Of a stretch of 64,000 nucleotides of DNA, positions 40,846 to 50,497 are shown one piece after another. Made by a program: the position numbers and the translations under genes. Numbering within the stretch: position 1 is the first letter of the stretch; each line of letters opens with the position of its first letter. A model generated the notes under the pieces. It did not search any database and had not been told where the DNA came from. It saw nothing but the letters and a program-made list of their open reading frames with translations. The stretch comes from an uncultured cyanobacterium. GTDB lineage: Bacteria > Cyanobacteriota > Cyanobacteriia > Cyanobacteriales > Nostocaceae. Where the stretch lies: contig OY970166.1 in NCBI GenBank assembly GCA_963706595.1, positions 3,712,001 to 3,776,000 of the forward strand, read 5' to 3'.

Positions 40846-41030
40846 ATCATGTCAGTTTAATTAGTTACAATTACCACAATCATGTCACCCCACCCCCAAC
40901 CCCTCCTCCGAAGTTCACCCGGAGGGAAACCCTCCTTGTGACTTCTCTCCGCCGCGAGGTGGGGAGATAAAGCAAAAGTTTGGCAGGTTTTCGCGTTTCG
41001 TAAGTATTCAACCAGACTTGATATCATTAG

Positions 41031-42737
41031 CTAAAACAAAAAGTATCTTTGCGCCATTGGTAAAACGGTTGCGGGTTCACAAGTTAGCAATTCACCATCA
41101 GCCCTGACTTGATAGGTTTCTGCATCTACTTCTATATGTGGTAAAGCATCATTTAGCTTCATATCTCGTTTAGTTATTTGACGTGTCCCAGAAACGGCTA
41201 CAGCAGATTTTTTTAAACCTAACTGAGTGGGAATTTCTCTTTCTAAAGCTGCTTGGGAAACAAAGGTTAAAGATGTGGCGTGACGCGCCCCGGCAAAACT
41301 ACCAAACATGGGTCGGCTATGCACAGGTTGGGGTGTGGGAATACTAGCATTAGCATCCCCCATCTGTGACCAAGCAATCATTCCTCCTTTAATGACTATC
41401 TCTGGTTTGACACCAAAAAACGCTGGTCGCCACAAACATAAATCTGCAAGTTTTCCCGCTTCCACTGAACCGACATACTCAGCAATTCCATGAGTAATTG
41501 CTGGGTTTATTGTGTATTTCGCAACATATCTTTTGGCGCGATTATTATCTGCAAGTCCATCGCCGGGAAGGCTTCCGCGTTGCACCTTCATTTTGTGGGA
41601 TGTCTGCCAAGTGCGAATTATCACTTCCCCCACTCGCCCCATTGCTTGGGAATCGGAAGCTATCATACTAAATGCGCCTAAGTCGTGCAGAATGTCTTCC
41701 GCAGCGATGGTTTCCCGGCGAATGCGAGACTCAGCAAAAGCCACATCTTCGGGAATGCTGGAATCGAGGTGATGACAGACCATCAACATATCTAGATGTT
41801 CTTCTAGGGTGTTGACGGTGTAAGGGCGTGTGGGATTAGTGGAAGATGGTAAAACGTTGGCTTGTCCGCAAACTTTTATAATGTCTGGTGCGTGTCCGCC
41901 GCCTGCGCCTTCGGTGTGGTAAGTATGAATAGCCCGATGTTTGAAAGCTGCAATGGTATCTTCCACAAATCCGGCTTCATTCAGAGTATCGGTATGAATC
42001 GCTACTTGCACATCATACTCATCTGCAACACTGAGACAGGTATCAATGGTAGCAGGGGTAGTTCCCCAATCTTCATGTAGTTTTAACCCCATTGCACCGG
42101 CTAGCACTTGTTCGACAATTCCTTGGGGTTGACTGGCGTTACCTTTACCCATAAATCCTAAGTTAACGGGGAAAGCATCAGCCGCTTGTAACATCCGGTG
42201 TATATTCCAGGGACCAGGAGTGCAGGTTGTAGCATTTGTTCCTGTAGCGGGACCAGTACCACCGCCAATCATGGTAGTAATTCCAGAGGCGATCGCCACT
42301 TCAATTTGCTGGGGACAAATAAAATGAATATGGCTATCAATTCCGCCAGCAGTGAGAATCATTCCTTCCCCGGCTAAAGCTTCGGTTCCAGGTCCGATAA
42401 TAATATCTATATTGTCTTGAATATAGGGATTTCCGGCTTTCCCGATTTTGAAAATTTTGCCGTCTTTAATGCCAATATCGGCTTTGACAATACCCCACCA
42501 ATCGAGAATTAAGGCGTTTGTAATCACTAAATCTACTGCGCCATCGGCGTTAGAAATGGGGGATTGTCCCATTCCGTCTCTGATGACTTTACCGCCACCA
42601 AATTTCACTTCGTCGCCGTAGGTGGTGAAGTCTTTTTCTACTTCGATAAATAATTCTGTGTCTGCTAATCGGATGCGATCGCCTACTGTGGGACCGTAGG
42701 TTTCTGCGTAGGCGCGGCGAGAGATTTTGTAAGGCAT
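41031..42737 (-). CDS. ureC: Urease subunit alpha
   Basis: [33 protein letters not shown] 42737 inferred. Confidence 0.98.
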   Translation of the reverse strand: MPYKISRRAYAETYGPTVGDRIRLADTELFIEVEKDFTTYGDEVKFGGGKVIRDGMGQSPISNADGAVDLVITNALILDWWGIVKADIGIKDGKIFKIGKAGNPYIQDNIDIIIGPGTEALAGEGMILTAGGIDSHIHFICPQQIEVAIASGITTMIGGGTGPATGTNATTCTPGPWNIHRMLQAADAFPVNLGFMGKGNASQPQGIVEQVLAGAMGLKLHEDWGTTPATIDTCLSVADEYDVQVAIHTDTLNEAGFVEDTIAAFKHRAIHTYHTEGAGGGHAPDIIKVCGQANVLPSSTNPTRPYTVNTLEEHLDMLMVCHHLDSSIPEDVAFAESRIRRETIAAEDILHDLGAFSMIASDSQAMGRVGEVIIRTWQTSHKMKVQRGSLPGDGLADNNRAKRYVAKYTINPAITHGIAEYVGSVEAGKLADLCLWRPAFFGVKPEIVIKGGMIAWSQMGDANASIPTPQPVHSRPMFGSFAGARHATSLTFVSQAALEREIPTQLGLKKSAVAVSGTRQITKRDMKLNDALPHIEVDAETYQVRADGELLTCEPATVLPMAQRYFLF

Positions 42738-42746
42738 AATAAGAAT

Positions 42747-43176
42747 AAGATTTAAACGCAAAGGTACGCGGAATATGGACGAGAATGATTTGAGTGAGGC
42801 TATAATTGGCTGTGCAGTGCAGGTACATACGGCGTTGGGACCGGGTTTGTTGGAGTCAGTTTATGAGCAGTGTTTGTATTATGAATTGAGTAAGAGGTTT
42901 AATGTCAAAAAGCAAGTTCCCTTAACGCTTGTGTACAAACAAGTGGAATTGGATTGCAGTTATCAATTAGATTTAATAGTAGAAGATAAAGTAATCATCG
43001 AAGTCAAATCTGTAGAATATCTCGAACCAATTCACTCAACAGAACTCTTAACCTACCTCAAATTCAGTAATTGTAAACTCGGTATCCTCTTCAACTTTAA
43101 CGTTCTCCACCTCCAAGAAGGAATCAAACGCATAGCCAACAACTTTTAACTCCGCGCCCCTTTGCGTTTAAATCTT
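42747..43176 (+). mobile_element. GxxExxY gene bounded by 28-bp inverted repeats
   Basis: AAGATTTAAACGCAAAGGTACGCGGAAT (42747-42774) vs reverse complement of 43149-43176 AAGATTTAAACGCAAAGGGGCGCGGAGT, 25/28 identical. Confidence 0.65.
42775..43149 (+). CDS. GxxExxY protein (PD-(D/E)XK nuclease fold)
   Basis: [27 protein letters not shown]. Confidence 0.92.
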   Translation: MDENDLSEAIIGCAVQVHTALGPGLLESVYEQCLYYELSKRFNVKKQVPLTLVYKQVELDCSYQLDLIVEDKVIIEVKSVEYLEPIHSTELLTYLKFSNCKLGILFNFNVLHLQEGIKRIANNF

Positions 43177-43473
43177 CCCATTAACCCTCCCATTAAAACC
43201 ATAAACTTCACGACTCCCCACCAAACCCACTAAACTCACCTCCTTCTCATCCCCCGGTTCAAACCTCACGGCTGTTCCCGCCGGAATATCAAGACGCATT
43301 CCCCGCGCTTTTTCCCGATCAAAATTCAATGCTGCATTCACTTCATAAAAATGAAAATGTGAACCAACTTGAATCGGGCGATCGCCTGTATTTCCCACCT
43401 GTAACTTAATAACAGAACGACCAGCATTTAACTCAATTTCACCATCTAGCGTAATAATTTCCCCTGGAATCAT
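43168..43473 (-). CDS. ureB: Urease subunit beta
   Basis: [28 protein letters not shown]. Confidence 0.97.
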   Translation of the reverse strand: MIPGEIITLDGEIELNAGRSVIKLQVGNTGDRPIQVGSHFHFYEVNAALNFDREKARGMRLDIPAGTAVRFEPGDEKEVSLVGLVGSREVYGFNGRVNGKI

Positions 43474-43489
43474 AACAGAACTTCCTGAT

Positions 43490-44146
43490 TTATAAATTTT
43501 CCAAAAATTCCACAAATGGCTTGAAAGCTTGAGGACATAATTCGGCAATATCTTGATATCTAGCATTGCCTAATATTATTGGTGCATCTGCCCGTCCTTT
43601 ATACTTTTTGCCATATTTAATAAAAAGTTGTTCTACAATTTTCTTCGGTGGTTCATTATGATTTTGATCTTCAACTGGTCTTGTCCATGTTATTGGTAAA
43701 GAATCAACACCAAGTACACTGCTTAATTCTGATTTAGCCGCTAAAATTAATGCTTCTAAATCATGTTTAAAGCAAAAAACTCTAAAACGCTCTCTGAGGC
43801 GATTATCATCAATTCCTTTAGACTTTAAAGCTAGATTAAAGTTATTGAGAATACCATTTTCTAGTTCTTCGATGGTTTCATGATGAAAATCTATATTTTG
43901 GGGATATAAGTCCGGCATTATGATTACAATTGTATCAGGATTATTCCGGATAATATTTATTGCTTTGGTTGGTATCTTGGTCAATAAATCTTTCTTAGCA
44001 TGACCTCCTTTATCATTGTCCTTTCCCTTAACAGGAAAAAAATTGATGCTAATACCTTGCTGTAATTTCTCTTCAATTAAAGTTCCTAATAATGCTTCCA
44101 TTGCGAATTTATCAGATGTGCCTTCTACATAAATATTGACTTTCAT
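43490..44146 (-). CDS. DUF4276-like TOPRIM-fold protein
   Basis: [21 protein letters not shown]-terminus; coupled to the upstream ATPase. Confidence 0.8.
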   Translation of the reverse strand: MKVNIYVEGTSDKFAMEALLGTLIEEKLQQGISINFFPVKGKDNDKGGHAKKDLLTKIPTKAINIIRNNPDTIVIIMPDLYPQNIDFHHETIEELENGILNNFNLALKSKGIDDNRLRERFRVFCFKHDLEALILAAKSELSSVLGVDSLPITWTRPVEDQNHNEPPKKIVEQLFIKYGKKYKGRADAPIILGNARYQDIAELCPQAFKPFVEFLENL

Positions 44147-45348
44147 GGAAGCCTCTCTAATTCATCGCTACGGTGTAACTGTTCTATTTCATCTGAACCA
44201 AAATCGTCAAGCATATCAATTAAAACTTGAGAATTTCCAGGTTTAATAAACTTTGCTTCTCCATTCTCTTTTCTGAGTACAGCAATTTGAGCAATATCAA
44301 ACTGTGTGAGAAAATAAGAAGCATGAGTAGCTAAAAGAATTTGAGTGCGTTCAGAAGCTTTTTCAAATAAAGCAGCAAGAACAGGTAATGTGCGAGGGTG
44401 TACACCTTGATCTGGTTCATCAATACAAATTAAAGATGGTGGATTTGGCTGTACACAAAGACAAATCCAACAAATTAAACGCAAAATTCCATCTGACAAA
44501 TCAGCAAGACTTAAATCTTGATCAATTCCTGATTCCTGCCAAAAAGCTATGACTTCACCTGGTCCACCACGAGCTTTTACTGTTAAGCCTTTAAAACCAG
44601 GAATTACCGAACGTAAGTGTTGTTGTAGTTGGTCAAAGGCTGATCTATGTTCAGTCATTAAATAATGTAAAACTGAACTTAAATTACCTGCATCTTCCCG
44701 TAATACTGGTTCTTGTTCTAGGGGAACTGATTTACGAATTTTATCATTTGCTATATTGAAGGAACTATAAAATCTCCAATCACGAATATATTCACGTAAG
44801 TTATATAATGCTTCTAGTGATGGATTGGTCATTGCACTCAGCGTTAGTTGATTATGACGCTTTAAAGCAATATCTTGTTGTATGTCTGGTTCAATTTTGA
44901 CTTGTGTAAATCCTCTTTCTCCAGGTTCTCTAATCACACCTTTATTACCTTGAATATCCATATATATGTATGGATTAGTGTATTGATCACTAAAAGGTTT
45001 AGAAGACTCCACACGCTCATAGGATACTTGAGTTCGACCAACCGGACCCATAAGTTCTCCTAAATATCTCATACCAATAGGACGGTCTGTAGCAATTTCT
45101 ATATTCCATTCAAACTTTTGCGGACCAGGTATATGAAAAATTTGTTGCCCGATAGAACCAGGAACGATTTCAGGTGGTATATCTTGGTAAAGACTATCGC
45201 GTAAAAATTTCAGAAATTCAAACAAACTTGATTTCCCAGCACCATTAGCGCCAACAATAATTTCTAGTGGTTCTAATGGGGCTTCAAAATTCCTGAATGG
45301 TCGATAACCTTGAATATTGACATTAGTCAATCTATATAGCGATAGCAT
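44143..45348 (-). CDS. ABC/SMC-like AAA ATPase (AAA_15/AAA_21-type)
   Basis: GANGAGKS, LSDG signature, IDEPD..HP, ATH. Confidence 0.9.
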   Translation of the reverse strand: MLSLYRLTNVNIQGYRPFRNFEAPLEPLEIIVGANGAGKSSLFEFLKFLRDSLYQDIPPEIVPGSIGQQIFHIPGPQKFEWNIEIATDRPIGMRYLGELMGPVGRTQVSYERVESSKPFSDQYTNPYIYMDIQGNKGVIREPGERGFTQVKIEPDIQQDIALKRHNQLTLSAMTNPSLEALYNLREYIRDWRFYSSFNIANDKIRKSVPLEQEPVLREDAGNLSSVLHYLMTEHRSAFDQLQQHLRSVIPGFKGLTVKARGGPGEVIAFWQESGIDQDLSLADLSDGILRLICWICLCVQPNPPSLICIDEPDQGVHPRTLPVLAALFEKASERTQILLATHASYFLTQFDIAQIAVLRKENGEAKFIKPGNSQVLIDMLDDFGSDEIEQLHRSDELERLP

Positions 45349-45400
45349 CTTTTCCCTCTATTTCGCTGACCTTATATTTCTCATATTAAGTTCTTTTTTC

Positions 45401-45703
45401 CTAACGAATCGGATTATGCACTGTCACCAACTTAGTTCCATCAGGAAAAGTTGCTTCTACCTGCACCTCATGCACCATTTCCGGGATACCCTCCATCACA
45501 TCATCTCGTGATAACAAAGTCGTCCCATAACTCATCAATTCTGCGACAGTTTGTCCATCTCTCGCACCCTCCAAAATCGCCGCCGAAATATAGGCGATCG
45601 CCTCTGGATAATTCAACTTCAAACCCCTATTTTTACGCCTCTCAGCCACCAAAGCCGCCGTAAAAATCAATAACTTATCTTTTTCCTGTGGTGTCAATTG
45701 CAT
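45401..45703 (-). CDS. ureA: Urease subunit gamma
   Basis: [31 protein letters not shown]. Confidence 0.98.
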   Translation of the reverse strand: MQLTPQEKDKLLIFTAALVAERRKNRGLKLNYPEAIAYISAAILEGARDGQTVAELMSYGTTLLSRDDVMEGIPEMVHEVQVEATFPDGTKLVTVHNPIR

Positions 45704-45741
45704 TCTTCTCTTCCTCTTGGCGTTCTTGGCTTCTTGGCGGT

Positions 45742-46581
45742 TCAAATCTGCCATACTCTTGGTACACAGCCACCACGATGTAAAAAATCCCCTCGCAGCA
45801 ACTCCCAAACAACCGTAAACCAGTTTCTCACCTCAGAGGTAGAAGCACCACGATATCGACACAAAAATCCATTTTGTAACCGAGTCATACCTACTTCCCC
45901 AGAACCATCCCATAAACTCCGTGCTTTTGCCAAAAATTCCCCAGAAATATCACTTCCCACCCAAACCAAACTACCTGCTATTGGTTGTCCAGCCAAGCCG
46001 TGAGGACTGTGAAAAACTGCTTCGCTACCCGGTAAGTATTGGCGATCAATCCACAAGGGTACGCCTTGCTGCCAAATTTCAGTATGCGATCGCCATTCGC
46101 CCTGTAAAAATTTTTCGCCTCTAGCAGTCCGCCCAAATCGGGTAATTTCCCAACCTAACCAACTACCTCCGGGTGCTAATTCTACCCGTAAATCTTGGCG
46201 ATAAATTGCCCCGTTAAAGACAATTGTTTCTTGGGGTAGCCATTCTAAATAAGCACCAGCATCAACTTGGATCTCAATATTTTGCCTCGCTTGCAGTCCG
46301 TTAGTACCGTATATTTTACTAGCTGCGGCTGTGGTAATTAAAGCTTGGGCATTGGCTTGGAGGTGGATATTAGAGGATAGGCGATCGCCTCCCACTGCAC
46401 CCCCAGCAGTGTGTAATATAACACTATGACAAATTTTTGCACCCTCTGGATAAAAAGGCCGTTGTACCTTCAGGGGGGCTTGATTGTGACTGTAAATTAA
46501 CTGGGTACTATTGAGGCGATCAGCATAAACTAAATTAAGTTTGCCATGCCAACTTTTATCTATTGGACTGTTAACAATCAT
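45742..46581 (-). CDS. ureD: Urease accessory protein UreD
   Basis: [29 protein letters not shown]. Confidence 0.95.
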   Translation of the reverse strand: MIVNSPIDKSWHGKLNLVYADRLNSTQLIYSHNQAPLKVQRPFYPEGAKICHSVILHTAGGAVGGDRLSSNIHLQANAQALITTAAASKIYGTNGLQARQNIEIQVDAGAYLEWLPQETIVFNGAIYRQDLRVELAPGGSWLGWEITRFGRTARGEKFLQGEWRSHTEIWQQGVPLWIDRQYLPGSEAVFHSPHGLAGQPIAGSLVWVGSDISGEFLAKARSLWDGSGEVGMTRLQNGFLCRYRGASTSEVRNWFTVVWELLRGDFLHRGGCVPRVWQI

Positions 46582-46808
46582 TAATAAATGGATAAAATTT
46601 ATCTAGATTTAACTTTAACATTCAAAATCTCAACATTATTAAATTTGTAGAAACATTGTCAAAAATACTTATTCGATGAGATAGTTATTTAGGGCTTACC
46701 TGTTTATATTCAAGATTTTGACGGTTTTCGCATCTCAAATTCGGATACCCAAAATTCTGGTATCCTATTTCAGGGTTACTCATCACTTTCACTAATTTAC
46801 GAAAGCTT

Positions 46809-47678
46809 ATGAACCAAATAGTTCGCTTTGTAATCATTGCTCTGGTTGCGTTAATTTGCACGTCCTCAATCCTATTTCAAACAATGCAATCAGGATTAAC
46901 TCTACCAAAATCAGCGATTGATCTGCCAACCAGTGTAGATATCGCTCAGAACATTGATTTTAAAAGGCACTTTCAAGAATTAGGAGTTGAGGGTTCAATT
47001 CTGATCTATGACTTGAACAACGATCGCATCTTTGAAAACAATCCCCAACGTAATGCAACCGCTTTTTTACCTGCATCGACATTTAAGATTCTCAATTCAT
47101 TAATTGCGTTAGAAAGTGGGGTGATTTCAGATGAAATTGCAGTTCTAACATGGGACGGTATTCAAAGGAGTATTCCAGGGTGGAACCGAGACTTGAATAT
47201 GAAAGAAGCATTCAAGGTTTCTGCTGTTTGGTTTTACCAAATTCTAGCTCGTCGAATTGGGTATGAGCAAATGCAAAAATGGGTAATGGAAGCTGGATAC
47301 GGCAACCAAAAAATTGGTAGTGAAGATGATATTGATAAATTTTGGTTAGCGGGAGAACTGCGAATCACACCTCAAGAGCAAATTCAATTTCTCCGTCGTC
47401 TCTACAATAACGACTTACCTTTCTCCAAGCGATCGCTCGCCATTGTCAAAGACATCATGGTAAACGAGCAAACTCCAGACTACACAATCAGAGGTAAAAC
47501 AGGCTGGCTGGGGTTTGAGGACAACGTAACGCCGAAAATTGGCTGGTATGTGGGTTATTTGGAGAAGGGAAAGAATGTTTACTTTTTCACCACTAACATC
47601 GACATTCGTAATCAGAAAGATCCATCGGCTCGAATAGAGTTAACACGCCGTTGTTTTAAAGAACTTGCCGTACTGTAG
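46809..47678 (+). CDS. Class D beta-lactamase (OXA-like)
   Basis: Signal peptide, PASTFK, SAV, YGN, FWL, KTG motifs. Confidence 0.9.
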   Translation: MNQIVRFVIIALVALICTSSILFQTMQSGLTLPKSAIDLPTSVDIAQNIDFKRHFQELGVEGSILIYDLNNDRIFENNPQRNATAFLPASTFKILNSLIALESGVISDEIAVLTWDGIQRSIPGWNRDLNMKEAFKVSAVWFYQILARRIGYEQMQKWVMEAGYGNQKIGSEDDIDKFWLAGELRITPQEQIQFLRRLYNNDLPFSKRSLAIVKDIMVNEQTPDYTIRGKTGWLGFEDNVTPKIGWYVGYLEKGKNVYFFTTNIDIRNQKDPSARIELTRRCFKELAVL

Positions 47679-47842
47679 TAAATCCCTGGCATTTTTACCC
47701 GGTTCAACTGATTTTGACTCTTTAGAAGCGATCGCTTCTGATTTTTGTCTTTTGTCTGTATCTAATACTACTTTATCTCTACGAATTATCCCCATCAGTT
47801 TCTGCTTTTTTGCGCTTTATTCTACTACTTCTCTCAATATAC

Positions 47843-47915
47843 AAGGTTGGGTTGACGTAACCAAAGCCAACCTTGTATGCAGCGTTGGGTGGCGATGCGC
47901 TGAACCCAACCTACG
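47843..47915. repeat. REP-like palindrome pair
   Basis: aggttgggttg..ccaacct and cgttggg..cccaacctacg. Confidence 0.6.
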
Positions 47916-48072
47916 TTTAATGCACTATTTTAGGCTTGTCAGTCCACTACAATAGTTAAATTTTTTCAACCGGATTCATCTATGACTATAGTCACGGTTA
48001 AACACAATCAGAAACAATCACTTTAAATCCTCGTCAGATCATACACCACAGACACAAAGCACAAGCATCATC

Positions 48073-48759
48073 ATGACTACCTTTTACCAATGGAAATCTC
48101 GAACCGCCGCACTCATGGCTATGGCAATTACTACTACTGCTGTTGCTCCCATGATTGCCTTTGTGCCTGCTCATGCTCAGTATAATATTGGGCAATCGAG
48201 AACAGTCACAATTCCGGCTAACGCCAATGTAAGTTTTCCGGTTAGACACGAAAAAGAGAAAGTTGTTGTTAGTCGTGGGGAAACATTAGATATCACATTA
48301 AAAATCACAAACGACATCACCGACAGAGAAAGAAATGTCTTAATTCCCAGAAATACTGAAGTTGTAGGCAAGATAGAGCCTGTATATTTCAACGACAGAA
48401 ACAGAGATAATAACAATATTAGAGGTGTGCGGTTCGTAGCACAGACATTAGTTTTTCCTTCCGGTCGTAGCCAGCCAATAAATGCCTCTTCTCAGACTGT
48501 TACCAGAACTGAAAAAATTAGCAGAAATGATAGCGGTAAAATCTTGACAGATGCGGCTATTGGTGCTGGTGCTGCTACGGCAATTTCATTACTTACAGGT
48601 AACCGCAGAATTGAAATTTTAGAACCTCTGGGCGGTGCGGCGGCTGGTGCTTTAGCCAGTGTATTCCTCCGGAAAAAAGACACTGAAGTATTCGTCTTAA
48701 GACCAGAACAGGATTTGAGGCTGGCACTTAATTCTAATTTAGTTATAGACCGCTACTAA
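48073..48759 (+). CDS. Exported protein with beta domain and glycine-zipper hairpin
   Basis: Signal peptide, IP.NTEVVG, GAGAATAI..GGAAAGAL. Confidence 0.7.
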   Translation: MTTFYQWKSRTAALMAMAITTTAVAPMIAFVPAHAQYNIGQSRTVTIPANANVSFPVRHEKEKVVVSRGETLDITLKITNDITDRERNVLIPRNTEVVGKIEPVYFNDRNRDNNNIRGVRFVAQTLVFPSGRSQPINASSQTVTRTEKISRNDSGKILTDAAIGAGAATAISLLTGNRRIEILEPLGGAAAGALASVFLRKKDTEVFVLRPEQDLRLALNSNLVIDRY

Positions 48760-49095
48760 GCTTGACTATATTGCCGCCGTGACTTTAATTATCTCCCCTA
48801 AGCGATCGCGACTGTAACTATAGTCGGCGATCGCTTCATTTTTGCTTCCTGCTTCTTTGACTCTGCATTCAGCCTCTAAAATGTTGACATTTGTGGTGAA
48901 TTAATTCTTGCCAAACCTGACTGAGACGGGACGCACTATAACTATTAATTTTTAACAGTAGAAATACGAAATTTCCAAATCATTCCAAAATTATCAGTTG
49001 ACTAATGAAAAATCTCAACTTAAGGAACTTTTGATCACGCAAATTGTCTGAATAACTAAGAGAAGAAAATTTTAATTTTACTGGGGTAAATCGCA

Positions 49096-50340
49096 ATGTT
49101 TAATTTAAATCGTTGGCAATCTGGAACTGCGGCACTTATGGCTTTGAGCGTCACAGCAGGCGCGGTAGCTCCCTTGATTACAGCTGCACCATCTTTAGCT
49201 CAGACTAGATTTTCTGATGTTCCTTCTAATTATTGGGCAGCACAGTTCATTCAACAATTGTCAGAGCGAGGTGTAATTGCGGGCTTTCCTGATGGTAGTT
49301 TCCGCCCCGAAGAGGCAGTAACCCGCGCTCAATTCGCCGCGATGATCAACAATGCTTTCCAAAAATCACCGCAACGGCAAGCAATCAGTTTTGTGGATGT
49401 CCCCAGTAATTTTTGGGCATCTAATGCCATTAGGCAATCCTATACCATTGGTTTCTTATCAGGATATCCCGGTAATCGCTTCGAGCCTAACCAAAATATT
49501 CCTCGCCAACAGGTTTTGGTTTCTTTAGCCAACGGTTTAAATTATTCTCCCACTGCTAATACCCAAACTATTCTGCAATCTTTCAGCGATAGCTTTAATA
49601 TTGCTGACTGGGCGCGTAGTCCCATCGCTGCGGCGGCTGAACGGCGAATTGTGGTCAACTATCCTAATGTTCAGTTCCTGAATCCCACTGCAACAGCCAC
49701 ACGCGCCCAGGTAGCAGCTTTTATCTATCAGGCGTTGGTCAGTTCTAATCAAGCCTCAGCAATTAGTTCGCCCTATATCGTAGCTTTGGGACCAACTACG
49801 CCTCCTGCACCTGTATCTGTAACCATTCCCCAAGGTACGGCTATTCCTGTGAAGTACGATCAGGCAGAAAAAATTCTAGTCACCAAAGATGAGACAGCAC
49901 CTTTGACTCTGACAGTAGACCAAAATGTAGTTACTCAAGAAGGAACTGTAGTCATTCCGGCTGGTAGTCAAGTTATCGGTAAACTCCAACCTGCTCAAGG
50001 CGGTTCACAATTCGTTGCAGAAAGACTACTTTTGACTACAGGTGAAGAGTATCAAATTAATGCCTCTTCCGAAGTAATTACTAAAACTGAAACCATTAGA
50101 AAGGGTACTAGCACCAGTACAATTATCCGGAATACTGTATTAGGTGCTGGTGCGGCGGCGGCGGTATCTGCTGTCACAGGCGATCGCGCCGTGGCGACAG
50201 AAGAAGTCCTCGGTGGTGCAGCTATCGGCGGTTTGATAGGTCTATTCTTTGGTAGAAACAGCGTTGACTTAATCACAATCGCACCTGATACCGATTTACA
50301 AATGACTATCAACCAAAACTTGCTGGTTTCAGTTAAATAG
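49096..50340 (+). CDS. S-layer homology (3x SLH) protein with C-terminal glycine-zipper domain
   Basis: FSDVPSNYWA, GFPDGSFRP, TRAQFA SLH motifs. Confidence 0.9.
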   Translation: MFNLNRWQSGTAALMALSVTAGAVAPLITAAPSLAQTRFSDVPSNYWAAQFIQQLSERGVIAGFPDGSFRPEEAVTRAQFAAMINNAFQKSPQRQAISFVDVPSNFWASNAIRQSYTIGFLSGYPGNRFEPNQNIPRQQVLVSLANGLNYSPTANTQTILQSFSDSFNIADWARSPIAAAAERRIVVNYPNVQFLNPTATATRAQVAAFIYQALVSSNQASAISSPYIVALGPTTPPAPVSVTIPQGTAIPVKYDQAEKILVTKDETAPLTLTVDQNVVTQEGTVVIPAGSQVIGKLQPAQGGSQFVAERLLLTTGEEYQINASSEVITKTETIRKGTSTSTIIRNTVLGAGAAAAVSAVTGDRAVATEEVLGGAAIGGLIGLFFGRNSVDLITIAPDTDLQMTINQNLLVSVK

Positions 50341-50497
50341 TCATTGGTCATTAGTCATTGGTCATTAGTCATTGGTCATTGGTCATTAGTCATTGGGAAG
50401 TTACCGTCTTCCCCCCCCTGCTCCCTGCTCCCTGCCCCCCTGCCTCTTTCCCCCTGCTCCCTGCTCCCTGCCCCCCTGCCTCTTTCCCCCTGCCTCT
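50335..50497. repeat. STRR (GTCATT[A/G])n plus 36-bp CCCTGCT-rich tandem repeat
   Basis: Read directly; overlaps the 3' end of the kinase gene. Confidence 0.9.

Noticed and set aside
47665..47955. 96-aa ORF after the beta-lactamase, and 52785-53084
   Set aside because: They cross REP or intergenic DNA or are antisense to real genes; no coding signal
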